Positions 50,022 to 59,623 of a stretch of 64,000 bases of DNA are shown here, in pieces (the first letter of the stretch is position 1; every line of letters starts with the position of its first letter). Under the pieces are notes generated by a model. The model had not been told where the DNA came from. It saw only the letters and a program-made list of their open reading frames with translations, and did not search any database. Source of the DNA: Bacteroidota bacterium (GTDB lineage: Bacteria > Bacteroidota > Bacteroidia > Chitinophagales > Chitinophagaceae); contig JAEWAC010000157.1 of assembly GCA_023391895.1 (NCBI GenBank), positions 118 through 64,117 on the forward strand, given 5' to 3'. A program made the position numbers and the translations under genes.

Positions 50022-51410
50022 TTAGTGCGTTACTACAACTGGTTCCATTGTTGTCTTTGAAATCGTTTTCTTTTCATCAGAAAGCAGGTAATCCAAAATG
50101 GCTGCAGCACTATCCTTGCCCGCCTGTACTGCATCTACTACTTCTTTGCCGCCGTTTACACAATCGCCTCCGGCAAATACGCCATCAATATTGGTAGCAT
50201 TGTTATGGACAATAATCTTTCCTTCCCTGTTTTGGATATCAGCACCCTCCACCAAACCTTGGAAGGGCATTTGCCCTGTGGCTTTTATAATCATGTCCAC
50301 TTCAAGTGTAAATGTGCTACCTGTATTTACCGGCACTCTCCTGCCGGATGCATCTGCTATACCCAGTTCCATTACACTGCAAACAATCGCTTTTACTTTT
50401 CCTTTATGGCCAATTATTTCTTTTGGAGCTGCCAGCCATTCTACATTACAGCCGTCCAGCATGGCAAGGTTCAGTTCTTCCTGTGTGCAGGGCATTTCAT
50501 CTTGTGTTCTTCTGTAAATGAGGGTTACCTGTTTTGCGCCCAGTCTTTTTGCTTGTGTTGCTGCATCTATCGCTGTCATGCCCATGCCAATTACCGCCAC
50601 TTTGTCGCCTACAGCAATCTGGTTAAATGAAGTGGAGCGCAGGTTATGTATAAATTCAATAGCATCAACAACACCCTCCAGGTCTTCTCCTGGAATGTTC
50701 AGCTTTCGTGCCAGACCAACCCCAATACCCAGGAAGACAGCATCGTATTGTTTTTTTAATTCTTCCAGTGTAATGTCCTTTCCCAGTTCGGAATTGTAAG
50801 CTATATTGATGCCGCCTATTGAGGTAATAAAGGCCACTTCATCCCTGCAGAATTCAGGAGTTACTTTGTAGGCGGCTACACCAAACGTCATGAGGCCGCC
50901 ACCCTGGGCTTCTTTTTCGAAGATCGTCACATCCATACCTTCCCTGGACAATACATGCGCACAGGAAAGACCCGCAGGACCTGCACCAACAATGGCTACT
51001 TTTTTACCAGATGATGCTTTTCGGGTAAACAGCTGCCACTTTTCTTCAATTGCTTTTTCAGTAGCAAACCGCTGCAAACGCGCAATGGGTATTGGTGGTT
51101 CGTGCATCAGGTTAAAGACACAGGCACCTTCGCACAGCTTTTCTACCGGGCACACCCGTGAACAGCCTGCGCCAAATATATTGGATTGGAAAATTGTGTT
51201 TGCCGAACCTTTGATATTGTCTGTTGTGATTTGCTTAATAAACTTAGGAACATCAATACCCGTAGGACATGACTTGGTACATGGTGCATCGTAGCAGAAC
51301 AGACAGCGGTTTGCCTCCACCAACGCAGCTTCTTTTTTGTCGAAAGGAGGATGGATATCACTGAAGTTTTGCTGGTATTGTTCTGCACTTAGACGGTTGT
51401 TTCGGATCAT
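50022..51410 (-). CDS. preT: Dihydropyrimidine dehydrogenase subunit PreT (GltD-like)
   Basis: RCLFCYDAPC..CP, CSRVCP..LCEGAC, GAGPAGL, GMGMTAID, AGGD; adjacent to preA. Confidence 0.93.
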   Translation of the reverse strand: MIRNNRLSAEQYQQNFSDIHPPFDKKEAALVEANRCLFCYDAPCTKSCPTGIDVPKFIKQITTDNIKGSANTIFQSNIFGAGCSRVCPVEKLCEGACVFNLMHEPPIPIARLQRFATEKAIEEKWQLFTRKASSGKKVAIVGAGPAGLSCAHVLSREGMDVTIFEKEAQGGGLMTFGVAAYKVTPEFCRDEVAFITSIGGINIAYNSELGKDITLEELKKQYDAVFLGIGVGLARKLNIPGEDLEGVVDAIEFIHNLRSTSFNQIAVGDKVAVIGMGMTAIDAATQAKRLGAKQVTLIYRRTQDEMPCTQEELNLAMLDGCNVEWLAAPKEIIGHKGKVKAIVCSVMELGIADASGRRVPVNTGSTFTLEVDMIIKATGQMPFQGLVEGADIQNREGKIIVHNNATNIDGVFAGGDCVNGGKEVVDAVQAGKDSAAAILDYLLSDEKKTISKTTMEPVVVTH

Positions 51411-51524
51411 GGTATGGTGTTTTAAAAGTTTTTACGGTAAAGCCCCCTAAAGTGTGCGCTGCAATAGCAACTCATTAGCAGGGCTATTGGCTTCTGCTAA
51501 AAACTATGCAACTGGTTGCACCGA

Positions 51525-52391
51525 TCATAGCTCCACCAGCTTTTCATAGGTCTCCGGCCTTCTGTCCCTGAAGAACTGCCAGGTGGCCCTTACTTCTTCA
51601 ATCATGTCCAGGTCAAATTCAGCTACTAATAACTCATCCTTGTCTTCCGATGCCTGTGCAAATATTTGCCCCCGCGGATCAACAAAGTAAGAAGCCCCAT
51701 AGAACTGGCCCAGATTCCATGGCTTTTCCTCTCCCACCCGATTGATGCAACCCATAAAATATCCATTAGCGGCTGCGTGTGCCGGTTGCTCCAGCTTCCA
51801 TAAATACTGCGATAATCCGGCTACGGTTGCAGAGGGATTATAAACGATCTCTGCACCATTCAACCCTAATACCCTTGCTCCATCAGGAAAGTGCCGGTCG
51901 TAGCAGATGTACACACCAATTTTTGCATACCGGGTTTGAAAAACAGGATAACCAAGATTGCCGGGCTTAAAAAAGAACTTCTCCCAGAATCCGGATGTAT
52001 GTGGAATATGATTCTTACGATATTTGCCCAAGTAAGTGCCATCTGCATCTATAACCGCGGCTGTATTATATAAAACACCTGCCTGCTCTTTTTCATATAC
52101 CGGTACTATCATTACCATGTTGTACCTTTTTGCATATTCTGCCATCCGGATCGTCGTAGTGCCAGGTACGGGCTCAGCAGCTGCATACCATCTTTTATCC
52201 TGTCCGGGACAGAAGTAAGGTGTGTTGAATATTTCCTGCAGGCACAGGATCTGTACCCTCTGTTCACCGGCCCTTTCAATAAAAGGAATATGCTTTTGAA
52301 CCATAGCTTCTTTGATCTCCTCAATAGTTCCTTCCCCTTCTGTTTTAGGTAAGCTCATTTGGATGAGACCAGATTTAATCATTCTAGACAT
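51525..52391 (-). CDS. Beta-ureidopropionase (nitrilase superfamily)
   Basis: CLQE, YRKNHIP, FWEKFFF, ICYDRHFP catalytic triad motifs, FFRDRRPETY. Confidence 0.92.
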   Translation of the reverse strand: MSRMIKSGLIQMSLPKTEGEGTIEEIKEAMVQKHIPFIERAGEQRVQILCLQEIFNTPYFCPGQDKRWYAAAEPVPGTTTIRMAEYAKRYNMVMIVPVYEKEQAGVLYNTAAVIDADGTYLGKYRKNHIPHTSGFWEKFFFKPGNLGYPVFQTRYAKIGVYICYDRHFPDGARVLGLNGAEIVYNPSATVAGLSQYLWKLEQPAHAAANGYFMGCINRVGEEKPWNLGQFYGASYFVDPRGQIFAQASEDKDELLVAEFDLDMIEEVRATWQFFRDRRPETYEKLVEL

Positions 52392-52510
52392 GGGTAGAAT
52401 TGATTTTATGATGTGTTATAATGTTTAGTTTCTTTAAGTGACACCGCCGGGTAATGAGGCTGGTGACATCCGTTTACTGATATTCTAAGGAAGTAAGGCT
52501 ACCATAGTTG

Positions 52511-53893
52511 CTAAATAATGTTACTTACCTTTTTCCTTTTTATAAATCTCCCATAACCCTTTGCTAACTTACAATGACCATTTTCAACAGCCACTTTGCC
52601 CCGCAACAAAACGGTCTTTACTTTCCCATGTACCGGCCAACCTTCATAAGCCGAATAATCAACATTCATATGATGGGTAGCTGCAGAAATGGTGTGCTTT
52701 TCAGTTGGGTCAAAAATGACGATATCTGCATCTGAGCCAACACCGATAGTGCCTTTTTGCGGAAACATCCCAAATATCTTCGCCGGGTTGGTGCAGGCCA
52801 CCTCAACAAACTTGTTGAGTGTTATTTTGCCTTTGTGTACGCCTTCGCTGTACAGCAGTTCCAATCGGTGTTCAATGGCCGGATGGCCATTCGGGATTTT
52901 TGAAAAATCATCCTTGCCCATCTGCTTTTGTTCCCATTTAAAAGGACAATGATCGGTAGCTACAACTTTTACTATGCCCTGGTTAATGCCGGCCCACAGT
53001 GTCTGCCGGTCTTTTTGCTGGCGCAGCGGGGGACTCATTACCCATTTGGCACCGTCAAAGTTTATTTCATAAAGCGATGCGTCCAGAAGCAGGTATTGAA
53101 TACAGGTTTCAACAAATACCTGTTGGTTTCTCCTGGTGGCATTTCGTACGGCGTTCAATGCGCCTTCACAGGTTAAGTGTACAATATAGCCGGGGCAGCC
53201 GGTATAATTAGCCATTGCTGCAAAACGCTCCGACGCTTCTGCTTCTGTTACTTCCGGTTGCGAGAGGTAATGATAAAACGGTGCCAGGTTGCCAGCTGCG
53301 CGGTTTTTTGCAATAAGGTAATCGATCATATCACCATTGGTCGCATGCACGGTTACCATACCGCCTTGAGCTTTTACTTCTTCCATCAAACCGATCATCT
53401 GCCGATCATCTATCATCAGGGCACCTTTATACGCCATAAAGGTTTTAAAAGAAGTAATGCCCTCTTCCTCCACAAAGTGCTGAATTTCCTTTCTGGTGTT
53501 TTCGTTAAAATCGGTTACGGCCATATGAAAGCTGTAATCGCCAACAGCATTGCCATGGGCCCTTGACCGCCATTCGTCCAAAGCGGCCTGTAAGGCAAAT
53601 CCCTGCTTTTGTAAAATGAAATCGATCACCATGGTGGTGCCGCCAAACAAAGCCGCCCTGGTACCGGTTTCATAGTTGTCGCTGGAGAAGGTGCCCATAA
53701 AAGGCATATCAAGGTGTACATGCGGATCAATGCCACCGGGGAATACGTATTTACCAGTTGCATCAATGGTTTCAGCAGCGGTTACCGGCAAGTCTTTACC
53801 AATAGCTTTTATTCTTTCACCTTCAATATAGATATCCCCCAACTGGTCTTCTGACACAGTAATAATGCGTCCGTTCTTAATGAGTAGTGACAT
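52511..53893 (-). CDS. hydA: Dihydropyrimidinase
   Basis: PGGIDPHVH, SFKTFMAYK, VHATNG, VMSPPLR, ATDHCPF, IPNG. Confidence 0.96.
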   Translation of the reverse strand: MSLLIKNGRIITVSEDQLGDIYIEGERIKAIGKDLPVTAAETIDATGKYVFPGGIDPHVHLDMPFMGTFSSDNYETGTRAALFGGTTMVIDFILQKQGFALQAALDEWRSRAHGNAVGDYSFHMAVTDFNENTRKEIQHFVEEEGITSFKTFMAYKGALMIDDRQMIGLMEEVKAQGGMVTVHATNGDMIDYLIAKNRAAGNLAPFYHYLSQPEVTEAEASERFAAMANYTGCPGYIVHLTCEGALNAVRNATRRNQQVFVETCIQYLLLDASLYEINFDGAKWVMSPPLRQQKDRQTLWAGINQGIVKVVATDHCPFKWEQKQMGKDDFSKIPNGHPAIEHRLELLYSEGVHKGKITLNKFVEVACTNPAKIFGMFPQKGTIGVGSDADIVIFDPTEKHTISAATHHMNVDYSAYEGWPVHGKVKTVLLRGKVAVENGHCKLAKGYGRFIKRKKVSNII

Positions 53894-55391
53894 AGCTGGC
53901 CGGTTCTTCTGTTAGCGGAATACTGGTTGAAGACGCATGAACTTCTTTGCTGCGCATCAGCATAAAGTAAGAAGCACCGGCAATAAGAAAGCCAACAAAC
54001 CATGCATAATGATAAAGGTTGGTAATCCATGGCCAGAAAGCATCTTTACCTACAACATTTATAGTTATCAAAAAGCCAGGCACATTGGGTAATATGCCCG
54101 CCAGTAAGGCAAGGATGGCAATCATATTGAATCCTTTATGATAGGTATATGCCCCTTTCTGCTGGTACAGATCATTTACAAAAAGCTTTTGATGCCGTAT
54201 AAAAAAGTAATCTACAATCATAATACCGCCAATAGGGCCTAGTAAACTTGAGTAGCCAACAAGCCATGTAAAAATGTAGCCATTAGGATCGGCTATTAAT
54301 TTCCACGGAAGGATGAGAATGCCGATAACGCCAGTGATGTAACCGCCTCTTCTAAAGTTGATCTTTGCAGGCGCAAGGTTTGCAAAATCATTAGCAGGGC
54401 TTACCATATTAGCGGCAATGTTGGTTGCCAGCGTAGATATCGCAATGGCAATCATAGCAGCACTAACCAGTAATTTGTTTTCAAACCTGCCTGCCAGAAC
54501 CACGGGATCCCAGATGGTTGTACCATAAATAAGGGTGGTTGCCGATGTAACTACAACGCCTATAAATGCAAATAGAGTCATGGAAGTAGGCAAGCCGATA
54601 GATTGCCCCTTCACCTGCACCTGCTGGTTTTTAGCGTAGCGGGTAAAGTCCGGGATGTTGAGCGAAAGGGTAGCCCAAAAACCCACCATACCAGTCAGTG
54701 CCGGAAAGAAGAATTTAAAGAAAGCCTGGCTATCAGTAAACTTAGAAGGTGTTTCCAATATAGGCCCCAAGCCATGTGCGGCAGAAATAGCCCAAAATAA
54801 TAACAATAAGGCAGCCAATGGCAAAAAGATAGCTTTGAAAACCAACAGCTTTCTGATGCTTTCTGCCCCCCAATATACGACTAACATGTTCAGTAGCCAG
54901 AACAACAAAAACGTAATAGCGGGTGCAGTCTGCAAGCCAAAAGAAGCTGGAAATACTTGCGGCAGACTGTCAACAGCAGGCACCCAGAGGTGCAGCATTT
55001 GGTAAAGAGCATACCCACCGATCCATGTTTGGATGCCAAACCAGCCGCAGGCCACAATAGCCCTTAAAAGAGCAGGTATATTGGCCCCCTTTATCCCAAA
55101 GCTTGCCCTTGCCAATACTGGAAATGGAATGCCGTACTTGGCGCCGGCACGTCCGTTCAGCACCATGGGTATCAGAACGATTATATTGCCCAAAAAAATA
55201 GTTAGAATGGCCTGCCACCAGTTCATGCCGCCACCAATCAGTGAGCTGGCCAGCATATAGGTTGGAATGCACAGGCTCATACTGATCCAAAGCGCCGTAT
55301 AGTTCCATGTGCCCCATGTACGCTTTTCTACCGGCACAATAGCAAGATCTTTATTGTAAAGTGATGATGGATACTGCTGGCTCTCTTTCAT
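53877..55391 (-). CDS. NCS1 family nucleobase:cation symporter
   Basis: YGIPFPVLARASFG, GWFGIQTW, NIPDFTRY, NIAAN, multiple TM segments; overlaps the hydA start. Confidence 0.94.
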   Translation of the reverse strand: MKESQQYPSSLYNKDLAIVPVEKRTWGTWNYTALWISMSLCIPTYMLASSLIGGGMNWWQAILTIFLGNIIVLIPMVLNGRAGAKYGIPFPVLARASFGIKGANIPALLRAIVACGWFGIQTWIGGYALYQMLHLWVPAVDSLPQVFPASFGLQTAPAITFLLFWLLNMLVVYWGAESIRKLLVFKAIFLPLAALLLLFWAISAAHGLGPILETPSKFTDSQAFFKFFFPALTGMVGFWATLSLNIPDFTRYAKNQQVQVKGQSIGLPTSMTLFAFIGVVVTSATTLIYGTTIWDPVVLAGRFENKLLVSAAMIAIAISTLATNIAANMVSPANDFANLAPAKINFRRGGYITGVIGILILPWKLIADPNGYIFTWLVGYSSLLGPIGGIMIVDYFFIRHQKLFVNDLYQQKGAYTYHKGFNMIAILALLAGILPNVPGFLITINVVGKDAFWPWITNLYHYAWFVGFLIAGASYFMLMRSKEVHASSTSIPLTEEPASYVTTH

Positions 55392-55458
55392 GTGGAAGGT
55401 TTTGGTGGTTCATTACAAAACATAAAGGGTTTTTAAGAACTTTTTATTGAACCTGGTG

Positions 55459-56805
55459 CTATTGCACCTGTTCATCAGCTATATGGATGGCTTCGCTGAT
55501 GATGGCAATGCCTTCATCAATCTGCTCATGGGTCACGCACAAGGGAGGCGCAATAAAAATGTAGCTCCAGCGTACAAAAGTGTACATACCCAATTCCCTG
55601 ATCTTAGCAGCTACGTGATTCATCACTGCCATTTCTGCGGCACTGGCGTTGAAAGGTGCCATTGGTTCCTTGGTGGTTTTGTTCCTTACCAGTTCAATAC
55701 AACCCAATAATCCTGTATTTCGCCAGTCCCCTATACTTGAGTGCTTTTGTTGTAACAGGTGCATCTGCTCATCCACATAGTGGCCCATGGCAGCCGCTTT
55801 TTCTACCAGGTCTTCCTCTTCATATATCTTCAGCGTTTCCAGTGCAGCGGCACAACTAACAGGGTGGGCATTGTACGTAAGCCCTAATGGAAGCACCTGA
55901 TCATCAAAACTGGCGGCAATCTTTTGGCTCACCATCAGGCAGCCCAATGGCAGGTAGCCTGAGGTCAGTCCTTTTGCCAGGGTGATCATGTCCGGAATAA
56001 TTCCATGGTGCTGAAAGCCAAACCACTTGCCGGTACGACCAAAGCCGCTCATCACCTCATCGATAATCAACAGCATGCCATGTTTATTGCAGAGGTTTCG
56101 AACGGCTTTTAAATAGCCAACAGGGTATTTAAGACAACCGGAAGACCCGGATTCCCCTTCCAGTAGAATGGCGGCTATACTCCTTGGGCCTTCATAGGCA
56201 ATGAGGCGTTCCAGCGCAGCAACAGATTCTTTCAATAAAGAGGCTTCACCATAGTCCCAGCGATACAAGTAAGGAAGGTCGAAGTGTATAAAATTGGGTG
56301 CCTGTTGTGCATCTGCTGCTAATCGCCTGGGGTCGCCACCGGCAGATAGGGCACCATAGGAGGAGCCGTGGTAGGATTGGTATCGGCTTAATACCTTGTG
56401 CCTTCCGGTATAAATTCTTGCTAGTTTAATGGCATTCTCAACCGCGGTGGCACCACAAACAGTAAAAAAAGATTTTTTCAGGTCACCGGGACAGATTGCT
56501 GCCAGTTTTTTACCCAACTCACCACGGACTCTTGTAACACAATTGGGTGCAACATAGCTTACCTCTTGCATTTGCCGGACTACTGCTTCTGTTATACGTT
56601 GATTGCCGTGGCCAATATTGACATTCATTAGCCCTGAAGAAAAATCTATATAACGCTTACCTTCATAATCATACAGGTAAACACCTTCCGCATATTTAAC
56701 AGCAATAGGCTCAATTCCTTTCTGCTTACTCCAGGAAAAAAGGGTGTAATCGAGATTATCCTGCAGGATCTCGCTGGCTGCTGTTTTTAGCGCTAAGATT
56801 TCCAC
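55459..56805 (-). CDS. Class III aminotransferase (beta-alanine aminotransferase, PydD-like)
   Basis: YIDFSSGL, SYHGS, DEVMSGFGRTG, LAKGLTSGY; probable GTG start at 56805 after an A6 tract. Confidence 0.9.
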   Translation of the reverse strand: MEILALKTAASEILQDNLDYTLFSWSKQKGIEPIAVKYAEGVYLYDYEGKRYIDFSSGLMNVNIGHGNQRITEAVVRQMQEVSYVAPNCVTRVRGELGKKLAAICPGDLKKSFFTVCGATAVENAIKLARIYTGRHKVLSRYQSYHGSSYGALSAGGDPRRLAADAQQAPNFIHFDLPYLYRWDYGEASLLKESVAALERLIAYEGPRSIAAILLEGESGSSGCLKYPVGYLKAVRNLCNKHGMLLIIDEVMSGFGRTGKWFGFQHHGIIPDMITLAKGLTSGYLPLGCLMVSQKIAASFDDQVLPLGLTYNAHPVSCAAALETLKIYEEEDLVEKAAAMGHYVDEQMHLLQQKHSSIGDWRNTGLLGCIELVRNKTTKEPMAPFNASAAEMAVMNHVAAKIRELGMYTFVRWSYIFIAPPLCVTHEQIDEGIAIISEAIHIADEQVQ

Positions 56806-56931
56806 TTTTTTATGCTTACTGGTAATGAAATAGTGATCGCCAATCAGTAATGCATAGTGACGGAAATTGATGTACCTCTTAAGCATTTATCAGGTAGTTC
56901 GTGACGTCCAATAAACCTTTTAAAACGCCTT

Positions 56932-58389
56932 TTAGCTCATCCAGTTGACACCAGATTCCGGATTCCATTTAATGGTGGACTTTTTCAGCTTTGTCCAAAA
57001 CCCGATAGAACTTTTACCTGTAATGTCACCAACACCAAACTTGCTTTCATTCCACCCACCAAAAGAAAAAGGCTCACGCGGAACAGGCACCCCAACGTTT
57101 ACACCGATCATGCCGGCATTGGCTTTTTCCATAATATAGCGGGCAACGCCTCCATTTTGAGTGAACACGGATGCCGCATTTCCATAGGAACTTCTATTTT
57201 CAATCGCCAGTGCTTCCTCTACTGTTTTTGTACGCATAATGCTGATGACCGGGCCAAAAATTTCTTCTTTCGCCACGGCCATATCCGGCTTTACATGATC
57301 AATAATGGTGGGTCCGACATAGGTTCCATTTTCTTTGCCGGCGACTGTTGCACCACGACCATCCAGCAATACTTCGGCACCCTGTTGTTCGGCTTCTGTA
57401 ATATATTTCTCTATACGCTCTTTTGATGCTTTGCTGATAACAGCGCCCAGGTTCTCCCCTGGAATTACCTTCTGTGCTTCTTCCACTATTTTGCTGATGA
57501 TATGGTCTACATCCCCTACTGCAATCATGGCGGATGCCGCCATGCACCGCTGACCGGCGCAGCCACTCATCGATGCAGCTATGTTTTGTGCTGTCATTGC
57601 AGGTATAGCATCGGGCATCACCATCAGATGATTTTTGGCGCCGCCCAATGCAAGGCATCTTTTAAAATTGCTTGTAGCCCGTTGGTAAACGCTTTTCGCC
57701 ACGTGGGTAGAACCAACAAATGATATGGCCTCAATGCCGGGGTGATCACAAATGGCCTCTACCATTTTTGCATCGCCATGAACAATACCCAACACACCAT
57801 CCGGTAAACCGGCTTCTTTCAAAAGGGCTGCAATTTTACCGGCACTTAAGGGCACTTTTTCACTAGGTTTCAGTATCATGCAGTTGCCCAGTACAATAGC
57901 ATTAAGTATGGTCCAATGGGGTACCATGCTGGGAAAATTGAAGGGAACAATGGACGCCACCACACCTAAAGGAACGTGTTCTGTACGGCATTCAACGCCC
58001 TTACTTACTTCCAGTACTTCCCCGGTTATCAGCTGCGGCAGCGAACAGGCAAACTCTGTCAGTTCAATACACTTTTCAATTTCAGCAATGGATTCACCCA
58101 TGGTTTTTCCATTCTCCTGTGAACAAAGGGCTGCCAGACCCTGCATGTTCTTTTCCAGCAAGAATTTGTAACGGAAGAATACCTGCACACGCTCTTTTAT
58201 AGGTATTTGCGACCAGTTGACAAAGGCTGTGTTGGCCGTATTTACAGCATAGTCAAGATCTGTTTTTGTGGACATAGGCACTGTTGATAATAACTGTCCA
58301 TCTACAGGTGATATAACTTGTAGAGCGGAGGTGGCAGCGGAAGCAACAAATTGTCCACCAATGAAGTTTTGAACCGGTGGGTATTGCAT
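56932..58389 (-). CDS. mmsA: CoA-acylating (methyl)malonate-semialdehyde dehydrogenase
   Basis: PFNFP, KPSEK, SFVGST, GGAKNH, AGQRCMA, EEIFGP, GVNVGVPVP. Confidence 0.92.
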   Translation of the reverse strand: MQYPPVQNFIGGQFVASAATSALQVISPVDGQLLSTVPMSTKTDLDYAVNTANTAFVNWSQIPIKERVQVFFRYKFLLEKNMQGLAALCSQENGKTMGESIAEIEKCIELTEFACSLPQLITGEVLEVSKGVECRTEHVPLGVVASIVPFNFPSMVPHWTILNAIVLGNCMILKPSEKVPLSAGKIAALLKEAGLPDGVLGIVHGDAKMVEAICDHPGIEAISFVGSTHVAKSVYQRATSNFKRCLALGGAKNHLMVMPDAIPAMTAQNIAASMSGCAGQRCMAASAMIAVGDVDHIISKIVEEAQKVIPGENLGAVISKASKERIEKYITEAEQQGAEVLLDGRGATVAGKENGTYVGPTIIDHVKPDMAVAKEEIFGPVISIMRTKTVEEALAIENRSSYGNAASVFTQNGGVARYIMEKANAGMIGVNVGVPVPREPFSFGGWNESKFGVGDITGKSSIGFWTKLKKSTIKWNPESGVNWMS

Positions 58390-58663
58390 GCAGTCATTTA
58401 TTTGACTACTACAATGTAATCAATTTTAGGTTAAAAACCCTGTATTAAATCCATGACCTTAATCATAATCCTGCTATTCTGTTCAGGTGCCTACCTTCTT
58501 CAAACCCCTCGTAAAGCCCGCAGAACATACCATATCTAAATCAAACTTTTAAACCTTTCCTGACTTGATGGCTTTGCCTGTAACATACCTACTCATCAGA
58601 CATCCTTCCTACTTTTATACATCCGACGCGCTGAAATGCCGTTTTGAATAAGTATCTTTTAGT

Positions 58664-59584
58664 ATGAATCCTTTTCTGCAAATTCATCCGGAGGTACAAA
58701 AGGCTATTCAGGAGAAACAACCGATTGTTGCGCTGGAATCAACCATCATTGCTCATGGTATGCCATACCCGCAGAATATAGAAACTGCTTTGGCCGTAGA
58801 AGCAGTCATTAAGGAAAATGGTGCCGTCCCGGCCACGGTTGGCATTGTACAGGGAAAGTATTGCGTAGGACTTTCTCTACAACAGATTGAACTGCTGGGC
58901 AGTGCAAAGAATGTATGGAAAGTAAGCCTAAGGGATATGCCCTATGTCATCAGCAAAAACCTATACGGGGCCACCACTGTAGCCGCTACCATGCGCATTG
59001 CCTATATGGCTGGTATAGGCATCTTTGCAACCGGGGGCATTGGGGGCGTACATAGAGGCGCCACCTCTACCATGGATATTTCTGCCGATCTTACAGAAAT
59101 GGCACATACTTCTGTGGCGGTGGTATCATCTGGCATCAAATCAATTCTGGATATTGAACTGACACTGGAATACCTGGAAACCCAAGGCATTCCTGTTGTA
59201 ACGATTGGTCAAAACGAGTTCCCCAGCTTTTACTCGCGCAAAAGCAGCTTTGGATCCCCGCTAAGGGCGGAAGACGCAAGTGAGATAGCAAACATGCTGC
59301 ATATCAAGTGGCAGTCAGGATTAAAAGGGTCCGTACTGATTGCCAATCCTATTCCTGAAAAGCTGGAAATACCTTTTGAGGAAATGGAATTGCAGATACA
59401 GGCAGCCATGCATGCGGCAAACCAACAGAAGGTAAAAGGCAAGCAAGTCACCCCCTTTCTGCTACAATACATTGCAGATCATACAAGGGGAGAAAGCCTG
59501 CAGGCCAATATAGCGCTCGTGAAACATAATGCAAAAGTAGGTTCCGAAATTGCAAAAGCGTATGGTGCCCTGCTGGCTTCTTAA
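58664..59584 (+). CDS. psuG: Pseudouridine-5'-phosphate glycosidase
   Basis: VALESTIIAHG, ATTVAATM, TGGIGGVHRG, DISADL, GIKSILD, TPFLL, ANIALVKHNA. Confidence 0.96.
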   Translation: MNPFLQIHPEVQKAIQEKQPIVALESTIIAHGMPYPQNIETALAVEAVIKENGAVPATVGIVQGKYCVGLSLQQIELLGSAKNVWKVSLRDMPYVISKNLYGATTVAATMRIAYMAGIGIFATGGIGGVHRGATSTMDISADLTEMAHTSVAVVSSGIKSILDIELTLEYLETQGIPVVTIGQNEFPSFYSRKSSFGSPLRAEDASEIANMLHIKWQSGLKGSVLIANPIPEKLEIPFEEMELQIQAAMHAANQQKVKGKQVTPFLLQYIADHTRGESLQANIALVKHNAKVGSEIAKAYGALLAS

Positions 59585-59623
59585 ATACGTCGGGCCATCC
59601 ATGGACTCTGAAATACATTTTAA

